A DNA stretch of 64,000 bases from Thermoproteota archaeon (GTDB lineage Archaea; Korarchaeota; Korarchaeia; Korarchaeales; Korarchaeaceae): the NCBI GenBank assembly GCA_026986575.1, contig JALSOH010000006.1, positions 160,001 through 224,000 on the forward strand. Direction: 5' to 3'. The notes beneath the pieces are model-generated. The model did not search any database, was not told the origin of the DNA, and saw only the letters and a program-made list of their open reading frames with translations. Below are positions 1 through 8,785 of this stretch, one piece after another (position 1 is the first letter of the stretch; the number at the start of each line of letters is the position of its first letter). The position numbers and the translations under genes were made by a program.

Positions 1-1018
1 TCTGTAAAGCGCTCCATTCGTTAATCGGCGCCCCCGTCAGGAACCCGGGGAGCCACCTGTTTCTCCAGATCGGAGGACTTCTCATCCTGGCAAGGGACTC
101 GAACTTCCTCTGCCCCACCAAGGTGAGTCCCGGAGCTAAATCCCTCAATGCCCTATAGGTTGGGAGGAGCTTTATCACCTTACAGCACCACCTGTAATCC
201 CTCGCAGGAGGTCCGAATTTGCCCACATTCTCCCAGAAAGCATTTCCGGCGTCGCCCACTACATCGTATCCAACATCCTCCACGAACCTCAGCGTCTCGG
301 GAAGCTCTAAACCCGTATCATTGAAGTAAACCAGATGGTCCACGCCACTCCTCCTCACGACCTCCAAGAGGGCTGAACTATCCTTCCCACCGGAGAACGA
401 CACTATGGTCTTACCCGCGCGCTTCGATGCCCTCCACACGAATCTAATGGCCTTGGACTCGTCAGAAAGTAAGCATGGTTCATTCACCTTCAGAACACGA
501 TTCCAACTGCTTTTCTCCTCTAATAGGGTGTCTCTTGGCTTGAACACCCGGGCAACTACATACCTGTCGCCTACCCTCTCCGCCAACCCGTTCTCCAGTA
601 ACTTGAACTTAGGACCTCCATCAGCACGCCCGACTATCTCACCCCTCTTCCCTCCTAGGCTAAGGGTCTCCATCCTGTGACCTATTCTGTCGATGGATTG
701 CTCGAGCGGTTTGAAGTACCACCTCATCTCGTATAAGTCGAAGAAGAGATGTCCAAGGACTCCCCCGTCGGATATAACCTCGTAAGCGGTATCCAAATAG
801 GGAGCCCTGCCAAAGAGAACGACCTCACTCCGTATGAGCTCGTTATAGGTTCCTGAACCGAGCTGCTCGTCCACAACCCTCTTGAGCAGCTCGAGGTCCG
901 CGCTTGTCGCGGGTCTGGGATCGCTGGTCTTGGACGTCGGGACTATCCTGATCTCCCTCTCGGCGCATCTCCTAGAGACAACGGGCACATTCTCCTGGAC
1001 GCTCCAGTGCAACCTCAT
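1..1018 (-). CDS. Phosphoadenosine phosphosulfate (PAPS) reductase family protein; 3' end lies outside the window
   Basis: Not in the ORF track. Manual translation from ATG 1018 (MRLHWSVQENVPV...) shows the PP-loop VSFSGGKDS, NDTGLELPET, RWCCKVIK and VGQRKFES motifs, and the frame is open to the window edge. Confidence 0.88.
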   Translation of the reverse strand, partial: MRLHWSVQENVPVVSRRCAEREIRIVPTSKTSDPRPATSADLELLKRVVDEQLGSGTYNELIRSEVVLFGRAPYLDTAYEVISDGGVLGHLFFDLYEMRWYFKPLEQSIDRIGHRMETLSLGGKRGEIVGRADGGPKFKLLENGLAERVGDRYVVARVFKPRDTLLEEKSSWNRVLKVNEPCLLSDESKAIRFVWRASKRAGKTIVSFSGGKDSSALLEVVRRSGVDHLVYFNDTGLELPETLRFVEDVGYDVVGDAGNAFWENVGKFGPPARDYRWCCKVIKLLPTYRALRDLAPGLTLVGQRKFESLARMRSPPIWRNRWLPGFLTGAPINEWSALQ

Positions 1019-1058
1019 TTCCGCTCAACTTTTTATTAGATCTAGTCATGAGGGTTAG

Positions 1059-2099
1059 ATGCCACTTAAAGAGCTCAACATCAATGTGCCTTATATAATT
1101 CGCGTCGGGAGAGGGTCTATCTCCGAAGCCCCATCCCTCATTTCGGAGGCGCTGGGCGAGAGGGGGAAAACCCTCATCTTAGGTAGTAGGAGTATATGGC
1201 CAGAGGTGGAGTGGCTCTCATCCGAGTTACAGGCGAAAGGATTAGATACCAAGGTGGCTAAGGTGGGGGCAGCATCCCCTGAGGAGGTCTCTAGGCTTGT
1301 AGGTGAGGGCAGAGGATCTTCCCTCGTAATAGGAATAGGTGGCGGAAGGAACATAGATGTTGCCAAGGCTGTGGCCCACGATCTCGGGGCCAAGCTAGTT
1401 TCCATACCGACCACCACATCCACCGACGCCATGGCAACCCCCTTCGCCATTCTGTGGGAAGGAGGGAGATCCAAGGCGGTCAAGGGTGCAACACCCTTGC
1501 TCCTCATAGCCGACCTAGATCTGATATGGAGGGCCCCCGAGAGGCTCCAGTTCTCGGGATTCGGCGACTACATTGCCAAGGTAACCGCTCTCCCCGACTT
1601 GGAACTTGCCTACATGCTGGGCAGGGAGGAGAACTTCAGCCCTGTGGCCGTATCGATGGCTTACCAGTTCACGGAGATGCTCATAGAGGTGGCCGATGGA
1701 ATACCCGTGAGGGACGAGGAAGTGTGGAAGCTCTACGTACTCCTCTTGGCCTTGGATGGCATGCTCATGAGCATGTGCAACACCACTAGGATAGCCGCGG
1801 GTAGTGAACATCTCTTCGCCTACGCATTAGAGGAGGTAACTGGGAAGGAGCTTCTACATGGGGAGACTGTTGGTCTAGGTTCCGCCCTGCTGGCTCCCCT
1901 CCACGGGATAGATAGGGAATATGTGCTCGATGCTTTAGACAGGGCATCCCTACCCACGAGCTTCTCCGACTTGGGAGTGTCCAAGGAAGAGGTGGCTACC
2001 GCGCTCACCATCGCTCATAAAATGAGGAACTGGTATACAGTGCTGGGGGAGGGAATGAGCCGGGAAGCCGCTGAGAGACTGGCTGAAGGCCTCGCCTAA
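1059..2099 (+). CDS. egsA: sn-glycerol-1-phosphate dehydrogenase
   Basis: GIGGGRNIDVAK, SIPTTTSTD, GSEHLF and LLHGETVG motifs of the archaeal G1PDH / dehydroquinate-synthase-like family. Confidence 0.75.
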   Translation: MPLKELNINVPYIIRVGRGSISEAPSLISEALGERGKTLILGSRSIWPEVEWLSSELQAKGLDTKVAKVGAASPEEVSRLVGEGRGSSLVIGIGGGRNIDVAKAVAHDLGAKLVSIPTTTSTDAMATPFAILWEGGRSKAVKGATPLLLIADLDLIWRAPERLQFSGFGDYIAKVTALPDLELAYMLGREENFSPVAVSMAYQFTEMLIEVADGIPVRDEEVWKLYVLLLALDGMLMSMCNTTRIAAGSEHLFAYALEEVTGKELLHGETVGLGSALLAPLHGIDREYVLDALDRASLPTSFSDLGVSKEEVATALTIAHKMRNWYTVLGEGMSREAAERLAEGLA

Positions 2100-2899
2100 T
2101 CGCCCTCATTGAGTTTCTTGGCTATCTCCTTAGCTCTCTTGGTGGCGGCCTCAACGGCCTTCATCACGGCGGTCCTTATACCGCTCTCCTCCAAGTAGAA
2201 TATGCCCTCTATGGTCGTCCCAGCCGGGGTGAGGACCATCTCCTTTATTTCCGCGGGATGCCTCCCTGATTCGAGGTAGAGCTTCGCCGTCCCGAACACC
2301 GTGTAGGCCGAGCTCAGGTAAGCGAAGTCCCTCGGCAGACCCACCTTCAAACCAGCGTAGGCCATGGCCTCTATCAAGGTCGCTATGTAGGCAGGGCCGC
2401 TCCCGCTCAACGCAGTGACTGCATCCATCAGCTCCTCGTCAACCTCGTGGGCCTCTCCCATCTCTTTCAGGAGCTGTACAACTACAGCTTCATCCCTAGA
2501 GTCTAGGTCTGGTCCCTTAGAGTAGGCGGTGAAAGAGGCCTTTACCATCACAGCTATGTTCGGCATCGCCCTGACTATCTTGGCTCCGGGCGCGGCGGCC
2601 TTGAGCTTCTTTATCGGAACCGCTGCAGCCACAGATATTACGATCTTACCCTCCACCAAGTCTGAGATCTCCTTAAGCACATCGACAGCCTTGTAAGGTT
2701 TGACGGCGATTATCACTATATCGGAGCTGGCAGCGACCTCCCTGTTGTCGCTAGTCACCCTAACGCCCAGCCTCCTCAACTCCTCCAGCTCGTGCAACTT
2801 CCTCCTAGAGGCTATCACGGACCATCTGCCACTCTCGACCAGTACCTTGGCCATAGCGGAACCGATCTGACCTGCCCCTATTATACCAACGTTCCTCAT
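2096..2899 (-). CDS. proC: Pyrroline-5-carboxylate reductase
   Basis: GIIGAGQIG, IAVKP, RAMPN, TALSGSGPAY and TPAGTT motifs. Confidence 0.96.
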   Translation of the reverse strand: MRNVGIIGAGQIGSAMAKVLVESGRWSVIASRRKLHELEELRRLGVRVTSDNREVAASSDIVIIAVKPYKAVDVLKEISDLVEGKIVISVAAAVPIKKLKAAAPGAKIVRAMPNIAVMVKASFTAYSKGPDLDSRDEAVVVQLLKEMGEAHEVDEELMDAVTALSGSGPAYIATLIEAMAYAGLKVGLPRDFAYLSSAYTVFGTAKLYLESGRHPAEIKEMVLTPAGTTIEGIFYLEESGIRTAVMKAVEAATKRAKEIAKKLNEGD

Positions 2900-2957
2900 A
2901 TTCGCAAACCCTCATCCGATCTCTTAAAAATTGAGTGTGGAATGGGGCTCGAGCCCC

Positions 2958-3245
2958 TTACAGCGCGAGGGAGTAGAGGCCGTCCTCAGATCTCTTCACT
3001 ATCCCCTTCCTTGCGAGAGACCTCATCTTGGCCGCTACCTTCTGCGTCGAGAAGCCAGCCTCTTTCGCTATCTCACCGCACTTGGCGGGCTTTCCTATCT
3101 TCTCCAAGGCCTTCAATATCTTCTTAGCATCCTCATCCACGTCAAGTGCCTCTATCTTGATCTTCTCGGTCTTTTTGGCCTTTGTCTTCCTACTAGAGGT
3201 TTTTTTCGTGCTCTTAGACTTGCTACCTCTCTTCTTACAGGGCAT
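2958..3245 (-). CDS. Small basic winged-helix protein with a Lys/Ser/Thr-rich N-terminal tail
   Basis: Strong SD (AAGGTGA) upstream. 14 K/R in the first 30 aa, followed by a wHTH pattern (ILKAL..GKP...GEIAKEAG.S...V...MRSLARKGIV). Confidence 0.8.
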   Translation of the reverse strand: MPCKKRGSKSKSTKKTSSRKTKAKKTEKIKIEALDVDEDAKKILKALEKIGKPAKCGEIAKEAGFSTQKVAAKMRSLARKGIVKRSEDGLYSLAL

Positions 3246-3450
3246 TAGATCACCTTTCGCTTGGACCCACGAGCAAAATTAATACTTTACTTTTGAAATA
3301 ACTGATTAAGGCAAGGGAATCTACGAGGGGTCGCAATCCTTTATCATTAAGATCTTTAACTCTCGCGGTGAGACGGCTTCCTTGCCAGTTTACGTCGAAC
3401 GTTGAATTACATCTATTAAATATGATATGACCGTAAATGATGGTGGGGCT

Positions 3451-3708
3451 ATGATCAAGGTGATCGATTGGAACAATTTCCCCGATGTCCCTGAAGGTTT
3501 CTCCAAGTTGGATCTCGCTGAGGTCAAGAGAGTATATGATTACGAGCTCCCTCCTCTCGTCGTGTACGCCGGAGTCGCCGAAGACCGTGAAGGCCATGTG
3601 ATCCCAGTTGTGGCTGTAATAGAGGAAGGTACAGAGATAGCCAAGCTTTATATTCTCGAGAAAGGAGAGGAGAGCGTAGAGAGGGAGCTTATAGCTTCTC
3701 TCGTGTGA
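3451..3708 (+). CDS. Hypothetical acidic protein
   Basis: ORF 3427-3708; ATG 3451 follows GGTGGG; host-like codon usage; T-tract after the stop. Confidence 0.65.
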   Translation: MIKVIDWNNFPDVPEGFSKLDLAEVKRVYDYELPPLVVYAGVAEDREGHVIPVVAVIEEGTEIAKLYILEKGEESVERELIASLV

Positions 3709-3713
3709 GGAAC

Positions 3714-3725
3714 TTTTTTCTTTTT
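3714..3725 (+). terminator. Probable archaeal oligo-T terminator
   Basis: TTTTTTCTTTTT directly after the stop at 3708. Confidence 0.4.
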
Positions 3726-3744
3726 ACAAACCCCCTCTCGTGGG

Positions 3745-5694
3745 GTGGTCCTGTTGATCCGTCGGATTGCTGTTTTAGGAGCTGGTACGATGGGGCATGG
3801 TATTGCACAGGTAGCTGCTATGGCTGGATATAATGTGATAATGAGGGACATAAAGGAGGAATTCGTTCAGAGCGGGCTTAACAGGATAAGGGCTAGCTTG
3901 GAGAAATTCGTTAAAAAGGGCAAGATGTCAGAGGAAGAAATGAATGAGGTACTATCAAGAATAAAGACGACTCTTGATCTAGAAGAGGCCGTCAGGTATG
4001 CAGATTTCGTGATAGAGGCTATTCCAGAGGTTTTCGACATAAAGGCCGATACTTTCAGGACGGTGGATAGGGTAGCACCTCGCCATGCCGTGATGGCCAC
4101 AAACACGAGCAGCCTTCCCATAACCGAACTGGCAGCAGTCACCTCGAGGCCTGACAAGTTCGTTGGAATGCACTTCTTCAATCCCCCTCAGTTGATGAAG
4201 CTTGTCGAAGTAGTCAGGGGAGCGAAGACCTCCGATGAGACGGTCAACATCACGGTGGAGTTGGCGAAATCCATGGGAAAGGTGCCTGTAGTCGTGGCCA
4301 AGGATGTCCCAGGCTTCATCGTGAACAGGGTGCTGGTAAGGTGGCTTAACGAGGCCTGCCTCATTATGGAGAGAGAGGGAGTGGACAAGCTCCTCATAGA
4401 TGCTGCACTCAAGGGTAAGGCGGATCTCCCGATGGGTGCCTTCGAGCTGTCAGATTTCATCGGTCTTGACGTGATGAGGGACATAATCGATGCGATGGTC
4501 CAGAGAGGCTTCATCCTCACCCCGTGTAAGAGCTGGAAGGAGCTCCCTGAGGGTGGAAAGCTGGGCAGGAAGAGCGGCCAGGGCTTCTACGACTGGTCCT
4601 CAGGGAGACCCAACATACCTGCTGATCCCGATGCGCCCTTCGATCCATTGGAGGTCCTGAGCATGGCCATAAACGAGGCAGCGTGGTTGGTAAGGAGTGG
4701 AGTAGCTTCAGCAGAGGATGTTGATAAGGCCGTCGTACTGGGGCTCAACTTTCCGAAGGGGCCCCTCAAAATGGCTGATGAGATAGGATTGGATAGGGTA
4801 AAGGCGGTAATAGAGGCTAAGAAGGAAAAGTACGGCCTCCCGGAGTACGAAGTGGATCCACTAATCGCCGAGAAGGTGGACAGAGGAGAGCTGGGAGTGA
4901 AATCTGGCAGAGGTTTCTTCGACTATGGACTCAAGGAGAAGGAGTTTGGATCGGTCCTGTACCGAGAAACCCCACCGATCGCTTGGATCATCGTTAATAG
5001 GCCGGACAAGCTCAACGCGATCAACACGGATGTCGTGGAGGGAATAATGTCGTCGCTCGACGAAGCTGAGAGCGAGGCCATCAGAGTGGTGGTGATTACT
5101 GGAGAGGGAAGGGCGTTCAGTGCGGGAGCCGATGTGACCATGTTTAAGGAGCTAAAACCCATTGAGGCCTTTGAACTCTCAAAGAGGCTTAATGAGGCCT
5201 TTAGAAGGATAAGAGAGTTCCGAAAACCTGTCATCGCTATGGTGAACGGTTTTGCCTTGGGTGGAGGCTTGGAACTAGCGATGGCATGTGATCTGAGGAT
5301 AGCCAGCGACAGGGCGCAGTTCGGACAACCCGAGATAACCTTGGGGATAATAACCGGAGCGGGTGGATCCTACAGGCTCCCTGAACTTGTGGGAATAGCC
5401 AAGGCCAAGGAGCTCTTGTTCACTGGGGATCTCATAGGCGCCGACGAGGCCCTCAGGATAGGATTGGTGAACAGAGTCGTCCCTCACGATAAACTGGAGG
5501 AGGAAACTAGGTCATTGGCCATGAAGATAGCTGAGAGACCAGCGAAGGCCCTAGAGATATACAAGGCCCTCCTGAACGGCACCAAGTTGGATGCGGAGAC
5601 CTTGGCTTTTGGACTGGTATTCGGGACAGAGGACTCTAAGGAGGGAATAAACTTCTTCTTAGAGAAAATGAAGCCCGAGTTCAAGGGTATATGA
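3745..5694 (+). CDS. 3-hydroxyacyl-CoA dehydrogenase / enoyl-CoA hydratase fusion
   Basis: GAGTMGHGIAQ, ATNTSSL, GMHFFNP and PGFIVNR motifs; C-terminal crotonase domain (AFSAGAD, ALGGGLELAMACD, FGQPEI). Confidence 0.95.
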   Translation: MVLLIRRIAVLGAGTMGHGIAQVAAMAGYNVIMRDIKEEFVQSGLNRIRASLEKFVKKGKMSEEEMNEVLSRIKTTLDLEEAVRYADFVIEAIPEVFDIKADTFRTVDRVAPRHAVMATNTSSLPITELAAVTSRPDKFVGMHFFNPPQLMKLVEVVRGAKTSDETVNITVELAKSMGKVPVVVAKDVPGFIVNRVLVRWLNEACLIMEREGVDKLLIDAALKGKADLPMGAFELSDFIGLDVMRDIIDAMVQRGFILTPCKSWKELPEGGKLGRKSGQGFYDWSSGRPNIPADPDAPFDPLEVLSMAINEAAWLVRSGVASAEDVDKAVVLGLNFPKGPLKMADEIGLDRVKAVIEAKKEKYGLPEYEVDPLIAEKVDRGELGVKSGRGFFDYGLKEKEFGSVLYRETPPIAWIIVNRPDKLNAINTDVVEGIMSSLDEAESEAIRVVVITGEGRAFSAGADVTMFKELKPIEAFELSKRLNEAFRRIREFRKPVIAMVNGFALGGGLELAMACDLRIASDRAQFGQPEITLGIITGAGGSYRLPELVGIAKAKELLFTGDLIGADEALRIGLVNRVVPHDKLEEETRSLAMKIAERPAKALEIYKALLNGTKLDAETLAFGLVFGTEDSKEGINFFLEKMKPEFKGI

Positions 5695-5744
5695 TCTTCA
5701 TCCCTTTTTTCTTTTCTGTTCTTCCCTAGGAAAAAGGTAGGGAA

Positions 5745-5951
5745 TCAGACCTGAACAATGTATATGTCCTTGCAGGCCTTCACGGCGTCGTAGGATATGG
5801 TCCTTCGTTCACCTCTCCTTCCAGTGGAGACCACTAGAGCAGCCAGCCTTCCCTCCACATCGTCGAAAACAAAATCCTCAGTTATCCCCAGATATTGACC
5901 GTCACTCGTGTAGACCTGCATCTCATAGAGTTCCGAAATCTTCCTAGCCAT
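5745..5951 (-). CDS. PRC-barrel domain protein
   Basis: SELYEMQVYTSDGQYLG..EDFVFD..EGRL...V pattern and the C-terminal ISYDAVKACKDIYIV; 68 aa. Confidence 0.85.
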   Translation of the reverse strand: MARKISELYEMQVYTSDGQYLGITEDFVFDDVEGRLAALVVSTGRRGERRTISYDAVKACKDIYIVQV

Positions 5952-5955
5952 ATGA

Positions 5956-6657
5956 TCACCTCAGAATGATCCTAGCGTCAACGACCTTTATTCCCTTTGG
6001 ATATGCGATAACCGGATTTAAATCCATCTCGGCTATCTCCTCAATGTCAAGTCCTATCTGACCCACCTTTATGAGAGCATCCTTGAGGGCCTCCAGATCA
6101 ACTGGTTCCATTCCCCTGAACCCGGTCAGCAGCTTGTAGGCCTTGATCTCTCTCATCATGGAGTCCGCGTCGTATTCTGAGAGAGGAGCTACCCTGAAGG
6201 AGACATCCCTGTACACCTCGACGAATATACCTCCCAGTCCGAACATGACTGTGGGTCCGAACTGGGGATCCCTGATCAGACCTATTATTAGCTCTAGACC
6301 TTGGGGGGCGAACTCCTGAACGAGTATGCCAGTTATCCTCGCGTTGGGTACGTTGGCCTTCACGCTCTCCAGAATATCCCTATAAGCATTTCTGACCTCT
6401 TCCTCAGTTTTCAGGTTCACCTTGACCCCGCCGACATCGCTCTTATGGATGACATTCGGAGATACTATCTTCAGAACGACAGGAAATCCTATCTCCCCAG
6501 CGGCCTCGACAGCCTCATCCTCGCTTCTAGCTAAGTGTATTTTAGTTACGGGTATTCCGTAGCTGGCTATGAGTTCCTTGGCTTCATGCTCTAGGAGGAC
6601 CTTCCTTCCCTCCTCCTTGGCCTTGGCAACGATCTCTCGAGGCTCCAATGAGATCAC
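5956..6657 (-). CDS. Acetate/acyl-CoA ligase (ADP-forming) beta subunit, ATP-grasp
   Basis: EHEAKELIASYGIP, GFPVVLKIVSP, HKSDVGGV, DPQFGP and MDLNP motifs. Confidence 0.93.
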   Translation of the reverse strand: MISLEPREIVAKAKEEGRKVLLEHEAKELIASYGIPVTKIHLARSEDEAVEAAGEIGFPVVLKIVSPNVIHKSDVGGVKVNLKTEEEVRNAYRDILESVKANVPNARITGILVQEFAPQGLELIIGLIRDPQFGPTVMFGLGGIFVEVYRDVSFRVAPLSEYDADSMMREIKAYKLLTGFRGMEPVDLEALKDALIKVGQIGLDIEEIAEMDLNPVIAYPKGIKVVDARIILR

Positions 6658-6720
6658 CGGTAGATCCGGCGGGTATAGTAAATAAAGTTGTCACGCCTGA
6701 TGGTCCCAAAATGAGGAAGA

Positions 6721-8004
6721 TCAGGGCCACCAGAGGCCCTTCTTCAACCTCTTCAGCTTGATGATGCTCCTAGTGACCCTTCTCGTGGGTCTCTCCTTCT
6801 TGGCCCTCTTGACCTTCTCGCGTTTCTCCTCTTCCTCCTCTCTTTCCTTCGGTCTAGCTCTCAAGGCCCCCTTCGGCACGTAGTACCTTCCAGACCTGTC
6901 CTTCTCGAGCAGTCCAGTGACTACGAGGGCCTCAAGTCTGGAGTAGGCGAGTGATATGGGAACCTCGGCCTCTATGGCCACCTTCTCCAAGCCGACGGGT
7001 CCGCCATTGAAGTTCCTTAGTATAAGGTCCAATTCCCTTCTCATCTTCGGTGGGGCCTTCTTCACATACTCTATTATCTCCCTCTCGGCATCCAGCACTT
7101 TATCGAACACATACATATCCACCTGACTCCTACCCAGTATGACGGCCACATCTAGGCTTTTGGAGAGTAGCTCGAGCAGCCTCGCAGGATTGCCCTCAGC
7201 GACTCGATTGGCTGCGAGTACCACGTCTTCCGTCAACGGATCGAGAGGAGACTCCGGCTCTCTGGCTCTGAACTTGCTCAACCTCTTGGAGATCAAGCTG
7301 ATGGCCTCATCGTCGGTTAGGGGAGGTAAGGCTATCCTCTCGTGCACCCTCGACGTCAAGGCCGGGAACCTCTTATCCAGCTCCTCATAGGCCTCGTCGC
7401 TCATGGCCATGACTACCAATATGCCCTCGGGCATCACGGAAACTATCTCCCTTATCATCTCGAAGAAGAAGAAGGACCACCTCTCGTCGGCGTACATCAT
7501 GTTGTGCACATCGTCAAGCAGCAGCGCTGAGGGCGCTATCGAATCTAAGGCCTTCACTATCATTCTCCCCGCCTCAGCAGGGGAGGTCTTCAGCTGATCG
7601 AGTTCCTCGTCGGTCAAACTCTCCGGCATTCCCAAGAGGACCTTCTTCAGGGCCTTCGTTATACTCCTAGAGAGCTCGTAGGAGGTTATGAGGAGATTAT
7701 CTATTATGTCGGGTCCCTCTACGACCGATATCTCTTGATATATGGAGTCTAGCTCCGCATTGGTGTAGGAAAACTTGAGAAGATGGAGCCTCAAGCTCCT
7801 ACCGGATCCGGGAGGTCCCGTCAGGGCGACGAATGCGGAAGCCACCCCAGACATGGCCTCCGCAGCTAGAGAGTCTAGGATATCGTCTACCCACTGCTTG
7901 CTGAATATGGAACTCGGGTCCTCCAACTCGATGATCGACGATCTCAGAAAGGGATTCCTGTACAGCCCTAGAAGCTGGTGGTAATGGCTCGGGCTGGCGG
8001 ACAA
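6721..8004 (-). CDS. AAA+/P-loop NTPase-like protein with C-terminal wHTH and charged tail
   Basis: LGLYRNPF N-terminus, Walker A-like GPPGSGRS, Walker B LLLDD, ALTSRV arginine-finger region, GNPARLL sensor, C-terminal HTH. Confidence 0.8.
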   Translation of the reverse strand: MSASPSHYHQLLGLYRNPFLRSSIIELEDPSSIFSKQWVDDILDSLAAEAMSGVASAFVALTGPPGSGRSLRLHLLKFSYTNAELDSIYQEISVVEGPDIIDNLLITSYELSRSITKALKKVLLGMPESLTDEELDQLKTSPAEAGRMIVKALDSIAPSALLLDDVHNMMYADERWSFFFFEMIREIVSVMPEGILVVMAMSDEAYEELDKRFPALTSRVHERIALPPLTDDEAISLISKRLSKFRAREPESPLDPLTEDVVLAANRVAEGNPARLLELLSKSLDVAVILGRSQVDMYVFDKVLDAEREIIEYVKKAPPKMRRELDLILRNFNGGPVGLEKVAIEAEVPISLAYSRLEALVVTGLLEKDRSGRYYVPKGALRARPKEREEEEEKREKVKRAKKERPTRRVTRSIIKLKRLKKGLWWP

Positions 8005-8785
8005 CTTTTATCATCTCCCAGCTTGGAGCACTCATCTCCCTTAAAAAAGGCTCGGAGCCATAGGGAAAATAAGCCTAATGTCGCAAAGGTGCTCGATTCA
8101 AGGTAGGCTTGAGGACCCTGCTCCACCTTTGGACCTCTCTAGCCAAGAGATCAAGGACCTGATCCTCTCCTTCGGTGGCCCACCTCTGACCTTAGGGAAC
8201 ATGAACAGGTAACATCCTTTCTCAGTGCAGACTCGATATGGAAGGGAACTTTCTCAGCAAGGAGGAGCCCTCCAAAATCCCCCATCTGTCAATACTGTCT
8301 TTCTCTAGCCGAAAGCCTTTCCTGCCAATGAGCCGGTTCAGAGCGTCTATCTCAAAAACAGGGGCATTTGCGTCGATGAGTAACTTTCCTCCGCTATCTA
8401 TACGCCACCCAGGCGCTTTTACGAGCACGCGACCCAGATCTATGTGCATACGAAGAATTACCATAAAGCCCATATTTATTCATAACTTCCCCATCCTAGG
8501 GAGAATTGTCAACAATTTGTCGGTCTTACACGGAAATCTCTATCCGTTAAGCATGGGTCAGATCCATTGAGGGTTCCATGATTTCTTCACTACAGTGAAG
8601 CCCCCCTTTCATCTCTCTGTTCTCCCCTTCGCACGCTATAGTGGGATACTGGATGGAATTAGACCTCTCTCAGCGACATAACCGATAACCGCATATCGGT
8701 ATCACTGCCGATTGGGAAACTCGCATCCAATCCTCAACCTTTTTAACTCCGATTGTGAGGGACCCATGACGGTAGGTGATAGGAT

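Noticed and set aside
2958-3245. Z-alpha (Z-DNA-binding) domain
   Set aside because: The wHTH spacing is similar, but the NxxLY and terminal Trp recognition residues are missing.
3310-3386. Inverted repeat GGCAAGGGAA / TTCCTTGCC in a divergent intergenic region
   Set aside because: Only about 9 bp around a mostly unstructured interior; too weak to call an RNA.
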